Assembly (NCBI GenBank): GCA_963674865.2
Contig: CAXXYE010000001.1
Location: 64,001 to 128,000, forward strand
Direction of reading: 5' to 3'
Source of the DNA: Candidatus Hydrogenedentota bacterium
GTDB lineage: Bacteria; Hydrogenedentota; Hydrogenedentia; Hydrogenedentales; SLHB01
Length of the DNA stretch: 64,000 nt
Shown: one piece after another, positions 49,159 through 57,423 of the stretch
Layout of the letters: each line of letters begins with the position of its first letter
How positions within the stretch are numbered: the first letter of the stretch is position 1
Translations under genes and position numbers: made by a program
The notes under the pieces: generated by a model
The model's input: the letters and a program-made list of their open reading frames with translations, nothing else
Database searches by the model: none
What the model was told of the DNA's origin: nothing

Positions 49159-50910
49159 TTAGCTCACCTCGTGTACGAAGTCGATGAAAGCGGCGGCGGT
49201 CCAGTGGTAGTCCGCGATGACTCCGAAGCCAACGCCCCCCTCGCCGCCGATTCCACCCTTCCGGGCGAGGTCGAACGGTGCGGTTTCGGCGACGGCGTCG
49301 TAGTACTCGTAGAAGCACCCGTAGAGGACATAGCAGCGCATGACCTCGTTGATGCTCTTTCGCGCGATTTGATGGGCTTCCTCATAGAAGCCGTAGTTCA
49401 TGAGGCCTCGGTGACAGAGCAGATTCATGTTGAGCCAGGTAGGCCCTCGCCACATGTCCTTTCCGAAGGTGGCTTCATCCATCGACACCGACGGCACTGG
49501 AAACTCTGGCCAGAATTCCTTCGGATTCATCATGTGCAGACGCAGCGCTTCCGCCCGATCGCGATCCGGCGCCTCCGCATGCAGCGGAAGGAAACCTGCC
49601 GGTGTCTTGACGCGGACAAATTCCCCGACCTCATCGAGGTCGTAATAGAACTGATCCTCATCGCACCATAAGAGGTCGTTTACGAGGCCGGTGATGTTTT
49701 TGTGTCTCGCACGCCATTCGGCGCGTTCGTCATCTCTGTGAAGCACTCTGGCCAGTCTCGCGAGGCAGCGGTACTCCGCGGCCATGTAGCATGAGAGATC
49801 CACCGCGGTCATGCTCTCCAGATCGTCGAACCGCGGGCTGTTATCCATGCCCGATTCGCCGCCCCGGGCGCCCCGCACGGCGTCGGCGCCGCGCCGGATA
49901 CTCCAGCCATATAGGCCGGTGTCGTTGCGGCGGCTGGCTTCGAACCACTCGAGATAGCTCACGAGTCTTGGATAGACCTCCTCGAGGAAATCGATGTTCG
50001 GCTCATCCTCCGCCAGGTGCCAGGTGGCCCAAGCGAGAAGGGGAGGCTGCGTGTTCTCCTCGCGCGGCGCAACGCCCGGTTGAACAGCCAAATGGAGCTG
50101 CCCGTCACCTTCCTGTTTGGCGAACACCGCGCGGATGGCGTCTTCGGCGAGTTCCGGCTCAAGATGCGAGAGTCCGATGCTGTGAAAGGCCGAATCCCAC
50201 AACCACATATGCCGGTGAGGCATGCGATCCGGCGTCGTCCAGCGGCAGGGGATGTCCTCTTGCGCGCTTTCGACGTTCACCTTTTGGATGCTTGCGGCTT
50301 TTAGGTAGGCCCGGCGCAAGTTCGCAACGACATTCTGCGGTATGTCCAAGGCCGCGTAGAATCGCTTGCGCTCGTTGATAGCGGCCTCGATATCGCATGT
50401 CTGGGCCGCTCGTGCCCTATCGACGGCCTCGTCCTCGGAGCTATACGAGATGCCGACACCGAACTGCCTGTCCGCCGCCGCGGGCCCTGCGCTCACAGCC
50501 AGCCACCAATCCTGTCCTTGTGCCGTGGCCAAGTCCCCGGCCAACGCAAAGCCGGTTACGGGCGCGAGTTCCGGTAGCGCGCCTTCCGGAGGGTCGAAGA
50601 AGGCGATTCGCAGCGCCATGGCGGAGCGATCCGTGAAGGCGCCTTCGACAAATCCGCGTTTGCCGTCCACCTCCACCGTGCAGTTCCAGCAGTCGGTAAG
50701 GCAGAAATCATCAGGGTGGCGCAATGACACCAAGGACTCGTCGCCGAGGCGGGCGTGGATTTCCACGGGCGGGTCGAGCCAGAACCGCCAGCCGATCCGA
50801 TCGCGAGCCCCCGCCGCGACGAACGGCTCCCCGTGGCACGTCTCCCCGTCAACTCCCGAAAACGCAAACAGCCCCCCTTGAGGCCAGACGTTGGCGCATT
50901 CGTACATCAT
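49159..50910 (-). CDS. GH63/GH37-like (alpha/alpha)6 glycosidase (mannosyl/glucosyl-glycerate hydrolase-like)
   Basis: WLWDSAFH, TQPP, ESGMDNSPRFD, WRGPTW, FYEYY. GGAGG precedes the MMYEC start. Confidence 0.88.
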   Translation of the reverse strand: MMYECANVWPQGGLFAFSGVDGETCHGEPFVAAGARDRIGWRFWLDPPVEIHARLGDESLVSLRHPDDFCLTDCWNCTVEVDGKRGFVEGAFTDRSAMALRIAFFDPPEGALPELAPVTGFALAGDLATAQGQDWWLAVSAGPAAADRQFGVGISYSSEDEAVDRARAAQTCDIEAAINERKRFYAALDIPQNVVANLRRAYLKAASIQKVNVESAQEDIPCRWTTPDRMPHRHMWLWDSAFHSIGLSHLEPELAEDAIRAVFAKQEGDGQLHLAVQPGVAPREENTQPPLLAWATWHLAEDEPNIDFLEEVYPRLVSYLEWFEASRRNDTGLYGWSIRRGADAVRGARGGESGMDNSPRFDDLESMTAVDLSCYMAAEYRCLARLARVLHRDDERAEWRARHKNITGLVNDLLWCDEDQFYYDLDEVGEFVRVKTPAGFLPLHAEAPDRDRAEALRLHMMNPKEFWPEFPVPSVSMDEATFGKDMWRGPTWLNMNLLCHRGLMNYGFYEEAHQIARKSINEVMRCYVLYGCFYEYYDAVAETAPFDLARKGGIGGEGGVGFGVIADYHWTAAAFIDFVHEVS

Positions 50911-51586
50911 CCCTCCGCTCAACAGCCATCGCGACCAATCCATGCGCGGCCCGGTCACCGACCGCAAGGCCACAGATTGGCACATTTCTACTGGATACGC
51001 AAACCGGTGTTGCGGGGACGTCTCGCCCAGTTCAGCGCGCGGCCCTTGCTGGATCATTCGGCAACCTTGTTTTCTTGCCTTTTTAGTCCGCTCCCGTTGA
51101 ACAACAGGCGAGAAAAGCGGGCCGCACAAACCTGCCTGTGAGACATCCGGATTAGTCTTGTGCCGGGCGCCCGTTCAGAAGGCTGTCGAACCACGCCAGT
51201 ACATTGCAATGCGGGAGGCAATCCTGTATTACGAGTAGTAATATAACCTATCTCGCGAAGCAGTGGAGTCGGAGTGTCGCGTCGCCGGGCCTATGCTCAT
51301 CAGAGCAGCCAACGGGATGTGCACCCATAAGAGGACAGGGGATTACGCGATTGAGGCCGGCGTGTGCGGCGCCGCCGATCCTGTTTCTGTGCGGCGACGA
51401 GCAATCCGTGATGACGGCCTATGAGCATGAGTCGCCATTTGGGGAGGGGCAGGGCGCTGGCCCGGCAGGGACGAGAAGGGCGAATAGGAACGCGCGCAGT
51501 GCTGTATACACGGTGTGCGGCACGACTGTGTCATCGGTGATGGGCGGGGAAAAGGGCCTCGGCTCCAATCAGAAAGGGGATGTCGG

Positions 51587-51754
51587 ATGAAAGCGTGTAA
51601 GTCATGGAATACCTTGGCCTTCAGTCTACTCGTGCTGATTGGAGTGGTGCCCGCCGGCTGCGGCGGCAAGGCCGACCTCGGTTTCCGGCCCACGGCCGGG
51701 CAGGCCCGCGCCGTGACACGCTTCCCCTCGGGCAGCGAGTGCGCCCATGCCTGA
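51587..51754 (+). pseudogene. Short ORF with lipoprotein signal; possibly a truncated lipoprotein gene
   Basis: MKACKSWNTLAFSLLVLIGVVPAGC followed by only ~30 residues. Purine-rich RBS AAAGGGG. Confidence 0.4.
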
Positions 51755-51762
51755 GGACCATC

Positions 51763-53103
51763 ATGCTGGTCACGATTCTCCAAGCGGCACTTGCGCTGAT
51801 TGCCAACCACTGCTTGGCCGGGGGAACGTGGTCTGAATACTCCTGGGGAGGATGGGCGGGGAGCTACCTGGTGGGACTGTGTGCTCTCGTCGGCTTTGCG
51901 CGAAGACGATGGCTCGTGCCTCCCGTGGTGTTCGGGTGCGGCATCCTGTTCGTGGCCATAACCCTGCGCCATCGGCCATTTCTTCATCCGTGCATACGCC
52001 GAGCCCTTCCGTGGGCGGCAGCGCTCCAAGTGGCGGTCTTCTCACTGGCATTCACGACTGCCGCTTGGACTCGAAGTCGATCCGCGTTTGCGCTGGCGAT
52101 GGTAGGGACTTTCCTCTGCTCCAGTCTAGTCGTGCCGTTGATTCCAAAAGAGACCATTACGCCGAAGGCCAAGTATGAGTTGCCGATGCGCGCCACCATT
52201 GCCACCATTGTGGAAGTTGACGCCCGAGGAGATAGGGCGTTGTTGGAGACCGGATGCCTCGTCGGCGATCTGCGCGTCTGGCATCGAGACGGCTGGCTGG
52301 ACATCCCTGATGAGCGGTTCGCCTACGACTGCCTGCTGGGCTGCCGTTTCCGCGAGAGCGAAGTCCGGCTTGTGTGCCGTCGATTCGATACCGAGATCTG
52401 TGAATCCTGTCATCTGGCCGTGGTGGATTGGGACGGCACGTCATGGATGGAGCGACTTAACATGGAACTACCCCTCTCGCAAGTCGCAGTGGCAGGCCAG
52501 GGCAACGTGCTTTCGCCGGATGGGGACCTGATAGTCCTCAATGGCGGTAGGTGGGTCGATCTGCAAAGTAATGAGCTGCGTGAGGGGGAGGTGCCCGCTG
52601 CTTTCGGCCCGGACACGCGCTTTCTCCAATGGTGCAGCGAGGCAAAACAGGCGGCATTCTATTCTCAGGACACCAACGAGATCCTCTTCTGGGCGCCGCG
52701 ACAAGGGGACTCAACCACCAACGCGTTGAAGATGCGGCCGCTGGCAAAGCATCCGATCAGCGTGTCGCCGGACGGCCGAAGACTCGTGTATTTCGTCGAT
52801 GAAGGCAGGAAAGCTATATGCGAAGACCTGTCCGCAGGCCGCATCAGAGAGTACGACCTTGCGGGAGCCATAATCCCTGGATGCTTTGGTGTACTGCCAC
52901 CCTCGCGCGTGCTCTGGCAATCGGGCCATGAAGTGGTTTTCAACATGCTCGGCGCACTGGCCGTTCTGGATATTACCCGATGCCGGATCACGCGGATTAC
53001 GCCACCGATGCACGGGGCCTATGATCTGTGGTGTTCTCAGTCTTCGGGGCGGTTGGCCTGGATAGCCGACCGCGGTGACCGCTGGCAACTGAGTTTCCGC
53101 TGA
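51763..53103 (+). CDS. Hypothetical membrane protein with C-terminal WD40/TolB-like propeller
   Basis: Several N-terminal hydrophobic helices; LSPDGD and VSPDGRRL blade motifs. Confidence 0.6.
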   Translation: MLVTILQAALALIANHCLAGGTWSEYSWGGWAGSYLVGLCALVGFARRRWLVPPVVFGCGILFVAITLRHRPFLHPCIRRALPWAAALQVAVFSLAFTTAAWTRSRSAFALAMVGTFLCSSLVVPLIPKETITPKAKYELPMRATIATIVEVDARGDRALLETGCLVGDLRVWHRDGWLDIPDERFAYDCLLGCRFRESEVRLVCRRFDTEICESCHLAVVDWDGTSWMERLNMELPLSQVAVAGQGNVLSPDGDLIVLNGGRWVDLQSNELREGEVPAAFGPDTRFLQWCSEAKQAAFYSQDTNEILFWAPRQGDSTTNALKMRPLAKHPISVSPDGRRLVYFVDEGRKAICEDLSAGRIREYDLAGAIIPGCFGVLPPSRVLWQSGHEVVFNMLGALAVLDITRCRITRITPPMHGAYDLWCSQSSGRLAWIADRGDRWQLSFR

Positions 53104-53636
53104 CAAGCCGCCAGTGCGAGCGAATGAGGGCAGAATGATGGACCTGAGCATTCCAGATGTCATGCTTCCTTGGCTGGCCGGGCGGGAACTTGAGCCGGTT
53201 GCCAGGGGATATAGCCTGGCTCGTGTCTTTCGCGTTCCATCGCTTGATGGACGAGTTCTTCTGAGGAGTACCCAGGCCTATCGTGCCTCTCCACACACGC
53301 TGGGTGCCATTACTACGTTTTGGAAGTCCTTCGGCTTTCTTCCTACTGAATTGTAGCAACAATGCGCCGAGGCAACACGGGGGTAGGAAGTCGCCGGGCC
53401 GGATGGCGCTCATCCAAGACGCTGTTTCAGGCCGTCGCCCGCCTGTGCGACGGGGGGGCGCATCGAATTCCGCCGCTGTGTTGATGCCCATACTCACCCG
53501 CAGCAATGGGCCGATACACCGCTGTTATCAAGGCGAAATGCGCTGGGAGCCGCGTGTCTGAACCATCCGCCTCCCCGCCGCAATGGGGACGGCGAGACGG
53601 CCTCCCGTGGTCTGCGCAGGCACAAACCTACCGGCC

Positions 53637-53652
53637 TTGGCATGGTGTTTGC
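53637..53652 (+). promoter_or_regulatory. Sigma54 (-24/-12) promoter of the amtB/P-II operon
   Basis: TTGGCATGGTGTTTGC has exact GG-N10-GC spacing with TGGCA and TTGC, ~75 bp upstream of amtB. Confidence 0.8.
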
Positions 53653-53727
53653 GTTGAACAGGGCGTTCCGTTGTCTAACTGGCTGTCCCTGGTAAAGCAC
53701 AAGTAAACACGAAAGGATTTGGTAGCG

Positions 53728-55146
53728 ATGGGCTTCAAAACGAGCGGCACGAAAAGAAGAGTCTTACCATACGCCCTGCTGGCTCTTGTCCTCACGGTAG
53801 GTGCCATGGGCGTTGCGTCTGCCCAGGATGAGGCGGCTCCTCCCGAGGCCGCCGCGGCTTCCGCTGAGGCCCTGGAGCAGTTGCAGTACAATCTGAACGT
53901 GGTGTGGACCTGTGTAGCGGCGTTCCTCGTCATGTTCATGCAGGCCGGATTCGCCATGGTGGAAACCGGCCTGACACGCGCCAAGAACGCGGTAAACATC
54001 CTGATGAAGAATATGATCGACTTCGCCGTCGGCTCCATCGTGTTCTTCTTAATAGGCTTCGGCTTCATGTTCGGGGCCAACGCGACGGGACTGATCGGCA
54101 CCTCAGGCTTCTTCCTCAGCGACATCAACTGGGCCGCCGATGCCCCTACCACGCAGTGGCCCTGGACCTTTCTTATTTTCCAGACCGTCTTCTGCGCAAC
54201 GGCTGCTACCATCGTGTCCGGCGCCATGGCCGAACGCACGAAGTTCAAGGCCTACCTAGTCTATAGCGCCGTCATCAGCGCCATCATCTACCCGATCTTC
54301 GGATCCTGGGCGTGGGGCGGCCTGCTCAACGGCGGCGGCTGGCTGGAAAGCCTCTCAATCCCATTCTGCGACTTCGCCGGTTCCACGGTAGTCCACTCCG
54401 TGGGCGGCTGGTTGGCGCTTGCCGGCGCCATCGTGCTCGGGCCGCGCTTCGGCAAGTACGGGCCTGACGGCAAGCCAAGGGCCTTGCCGGGGCACAGCCT
54501 TCCGCTGGCCGCGTTGGGCGTGTTCATCCTCTGGCTCGGTTGGTTTGGTTTCAATCCGGGCAGCACAACAGTGGGCGACGGCGAGATAGGCTACGTCGCC
54601 GTGACGACCAACCTCGCCGCGGCGGCCGGCGCCCTCGCTGCCATGTTCGCGTCCTGGGCATTCTTCAAGAAGCCCGAAGCCTCGATGACCCTGAACGGCG
54701 CACTGGCCGGCCTCGTAGCCATTACCGCCCCGTGTTACACCGTCGGCCCAATCAGCGCGTGCATCATCGGCCTTGTGGCGGGCGTTCTCGTGGTCGTGAG
54801 CGTGCTCACCATCGACCGCGTCCTCAAGATCGACGACCCGGTGGGCGCCGTGAGCGTCCACGGCGTCTGCGGCGCGTGGGGCACGCTGTCTTGCGGGCTC
54901 TTCAACAGCGTGAACAGCGATGTCAACGGCCTATTCTTCGGCGGCGGCTTCAGCCAGTTGATCACCCAGGCGATCGGCGTCGGCGCCGGCTTCCTCTGGG
55001 CCTTTGGCACGGGACTTGTCCTGTTCTATCTGATCAAACTGACCGTCGGCATCCGTGTGACGGCAGACGAAGAGCAGAAGGGCCTCGACATCGGCGAACA
55101 CGGCATGGAGGCCTACAGCGGCTTCCAGATCTTCGTCACCCAGTAG
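53728..55146 (+). CDS. amtB: Ammonium transporter
   Basis: MQAGFAMVE, DFAGSTVVH, WFGFNPGS, DDPVGAVSVHG (both pore His present); N-terminal signal peptide. Confidence 0.97.
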   Translation: MGFKTSGTKRRVLPYALLALVLTVGAMGVASAQDEAAPPEAAAASAEALEQLQYNLNVVWTCVAAFLVMFMQAGFAMVETGLTRAKNAVNILMKNMIDFAVGSIVFFLIGFGFMFGANATGLIGTSGFFLSDINWAADAPTTQWPWTFLIFQTVFCATAATIVSGAMAERTKFKAYLVYSAVISAIIYPIFGSWAWGGLLNGGGWLESLSIPFCDFAGSTVVHSVGGWLALAGAIVLGPRFGKYGPDGKPRALPGHSLPLAALGVFILWLGWFGFNPGSTTVGDGEIGYVAVTTNLAAAAGALAAMFASWAFFKKPEASMTLNGALAGLVAITAPCYTVGPISACIIGLVAGVLVVVSVLTIDRVLKIDDPVGAVSVHGVCGAWGTLSCGLFNSVNSDVNGLFFGGGFSQLITQAIGVGAGFLWAFGTGLVLFYLIKLTVGIRVTADEEQKGLDIGEHGMEAYSGFQIFVTQ

Positions 55147-55185
55147 TGTCCGCGTGATAACCAAGCAAGACAGGAGATTCCAATC

Positions 55186-55527
55186 ATGAAACTGGTGATT
55201 GCCTATATCCAACCCGAGAGGCTGGACGACGTGAAGCGCTCCCTGATGGACGAGAAAGTCGGAAAGATGTCCGTAACCAACGCCCTCGGATGCGGCCAGC
55301 AGATGGGATACGCGGAGACCTACCGCGGCGTGCCCTTCGAGGTTAACCTCCTGAAGAAGGTACGCCTTGAGATCGCCGTCAACGATGACTTCCTCGACCG
55401 CACCATCGAGGCCATCGTGCGGGGCGCCAACACGAACACCATAGGCGACGGCAAGATCTTCGTTCTCGATCTCGCCGCCTGCATTCGGATACGGACAGGC
55501 GAAACAGGCTCAACAGCCATAGGCTGA
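55186..55527 (+). CDS. glnK: P-II nitrogen regulatory protein (GlnK by linkage to amtB)
   Basis: T-loop [26 protein letters not shown]. Confidence 0.93.
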   Translation: MKLVIAYIQPERLDDVKRSLMDEKVGKMSVTNALGCGQQMGYAETYRGVPFEVNLLKKVRLEIAVNDDFLDRTIEAIVRGANTNTIGDGKIFVLDLAACIRIRTGETGSTAIG

Positions 55528-55581
55528 CACATGCTGATGCTGCATCCGGTGCCCGCTGGATGCCTTACGCACCTCCCCCGT

Positions 55582-55612
55582 GCGCTCCCCTCCTCTCACC
55601 GGAGGGGAGCGC
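55582..55612 (+). terminator. Hairpin downstream of the P-II gene
   Basis: Perfect 12-bp stem GCGCTCCCCTCC/GGAGGGGAGCGC with a short T tract nearby. Confidence 0.55.
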
Positions 55613-55805
55613 GCACTTTATGTCCGCGAGATTCCGCTGCGCACACACCCGCCTTCACACCATGTCACCACAAAGACCCCAAGCCACAGGAGACTTCGAT
55701 GTCATCGTGCCGACGAACACGCAACTGGGCATCAAGATATCTTCTCCGAGCTGTCTTTTCCGTTCCACGTGGCTTTGCGTGAGCCAAGTCCGCTCATCAT
55801 CTATC

Positions 55806-55950
55806 CTCTGCGTACCTCCGCGGTCTCTGGAGCTCTGCGTTCACATCTCCGCAACGCCGTGCCGAGCGCCCCCAGGATTCCGCCGAGCAACCGCGCCTGG
55901 CCCTTGCCTCTCCCTTCGTGCCTTTTCGTGTTTTTCGTGGCTTCGTGGTG
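55806..55950. repeat. Short periodic intergenic repeats (CTCTGCG-type and TTCGTG-type)
   Basis: CTCTGCG variants at 55806, 55816, 55825 and 55833; TTCGTG at 55915, 55925, 55934 and 55942. Confidence 0.6.
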
Positions 55951-56075
55951 GACAATTCACCCACCCCTTTCTGCGCTGGTTGAAGCGCAGGAGGCCTATC
56001 ACGATAATGGGGGCCGTTCATCTCCGGCGCCCACGTTGTCGGGGCCTATTTCAGGGGCAGACAGAGGGATGTGTC

Positions 56076-57377
56076 ATGAAGCTTTCCGACCTTGAAAAGC
56101 ATCTTGTTGCGGCCATGGAATCGTGGGAGATCATCGACTGCCACGAGCACCTCGGGCCCGAAAGCCGCCGCTTGGGCAAAGAGGTGGATGTATTCACCCT
56201 CTTCGCCCATTACACCCGCGGCGACCTCGCCGTTGCCCGCATGAGCCAGGATGAGTACCAATCCTTGTTCAACCAGGACATCCCCCTCGAGCGGCGCTGG
56301 GCCATCTTCGCGCCGTATTGGGAGCAGATACGGTGGGGGTCCTACGCCCGCGCCGCGCTCCTGGCCGCGAAGAAGTTCTACGGCGCCGACGACATCAACG
56401 AAGACACCTATCAGTCGATCTCCGCAGCCATGAAGAAGGCCAACACGCCCGGTATCTACGAGCGCATTCTGAAAGAAGCGTGCAATATCCGGACTTCGCT
56501 GACGCAGTGCGGTTCGACCGACCTCGGCGGCACGCCTCTCCTCACGCCGGTGATGCCCATGATCTACGAGGTCGAGACGTGGGCGGCGATTTCACGCCCG
56601 AAGTTCGAGCCTGACGCCCATATCCGCTCCGTGGACGACTTCCTCGATGCCATGCGCCGCTATGTTGTGCGCGTGAAAGGGGAGGGGGCCGTCGGTTTGA
56701 AGATGATGTCCAATCCCTTCGAGGCCCCGAGCCGCGAAGATGCCATGCGCGCATTCCGGTGGCTTCAGACGGCCAGCGCCGACGAGTTGCCCGCCGGTGA
56801 CTCCCTCAAGGAATCGCGCGATGCATTCGCGCAGACGGCGAGCGGCGAAAAACGCCTGCCGAAGCTGAATCCACTGCGCGACTACATTGTGGACGAGACG
56901 ATCAAGATCGCCGCCGAAGAGGACATGGTTGTCTGTGTGCATACCGGCTATTGGGGGGATTTCCGTACGCTCGACCCGCTCCACCTGATTCCCATTCTCC
57001 AGCGGCATCCCGACACACGGTTTGATGTATACCATCTTGGCTACCCCTGGATGCGCGAAGCCCTGATGCTCGGCAAAGGCTTCCCCAATGTCTGGCTCAA
57101 CTTGTGCTGGACGCACATCATCTCGCAGCAATTCGTCGTGACGGCGCTCAACGAGGCCATCGATCTTATCCCGATGAACAAGATCCTCGCCTTTGGCGGC
57201 GACTACGGCACGCCCGTCGAGAAGGTGTACGGACATCTTGTCATGGCGCGGGAAGATATTGCCCGCGTGCTGGCGGGAAGGATCGAAGACGGGCAGATGA
57301 GCGAGTCGCAGGCCCTGGCCATCGCGAAGAAATGGTTCTGGGACAACCCGGTGGAACTCTACAAGCTCGACGTTTGA
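56076..57377 (+). CDS. Amidohydrolase-superfamily protein (uronate isomerase-like)
   Basis: IIDCHEH (HxH), VHTG, YHLGYP, FGGD. Start trimmed to MKLSDL behind a GAGGG RBS. Confidence 0.85.
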   Translation: MKLSDLEKHLVAAMESWEIIDCHEHLGPESRRLGKEVDVFTLFAHYTRGDLAVARMSQDEYQSLFNQDIPLERRWAIFAPYWEQIRWGSYARAALLAAKKFYGADDINEDTYQSISAAMKKANTPGIYERILKEACNIRTSLTQCGSTDLGGTPLLTPVMPMIYEVETWAAISRPKFEPDAHIRSVDDFLDAMRRYVVRVKGEGAVGLKMMSNPFEAPSREDAMRAFRWLQTASADELPAGDSLKESRDAFAQTASGEKRLPKLNPLRDYIVDETIKIAAEEDMVVCVHTGYWGDFRTLDPLHLIPILQRHPDTRFDVYHLGYPWMREALMLGKGFPNVWLNLCWTHIISQQFVVTALNEAIDLIPMNKILAFGGDYGTPVEKVYGHLVMAREDIARVLAGRIEDGQMSESQALAIAKKWFWDNPVELYKLDV

Positions 57378-57423
57378 GTTGGCCGCCGGCGCATCCCATC
57401 TATTTGCGGAGGAGAAACGCAGA

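Noticed and set aside
55560..56075. 172-aa N-terminal extension of the amidohydrolase ORF
   Set aside because: It runs through hairpins and short repeats; a good RBS and family-typical start are at 56076.
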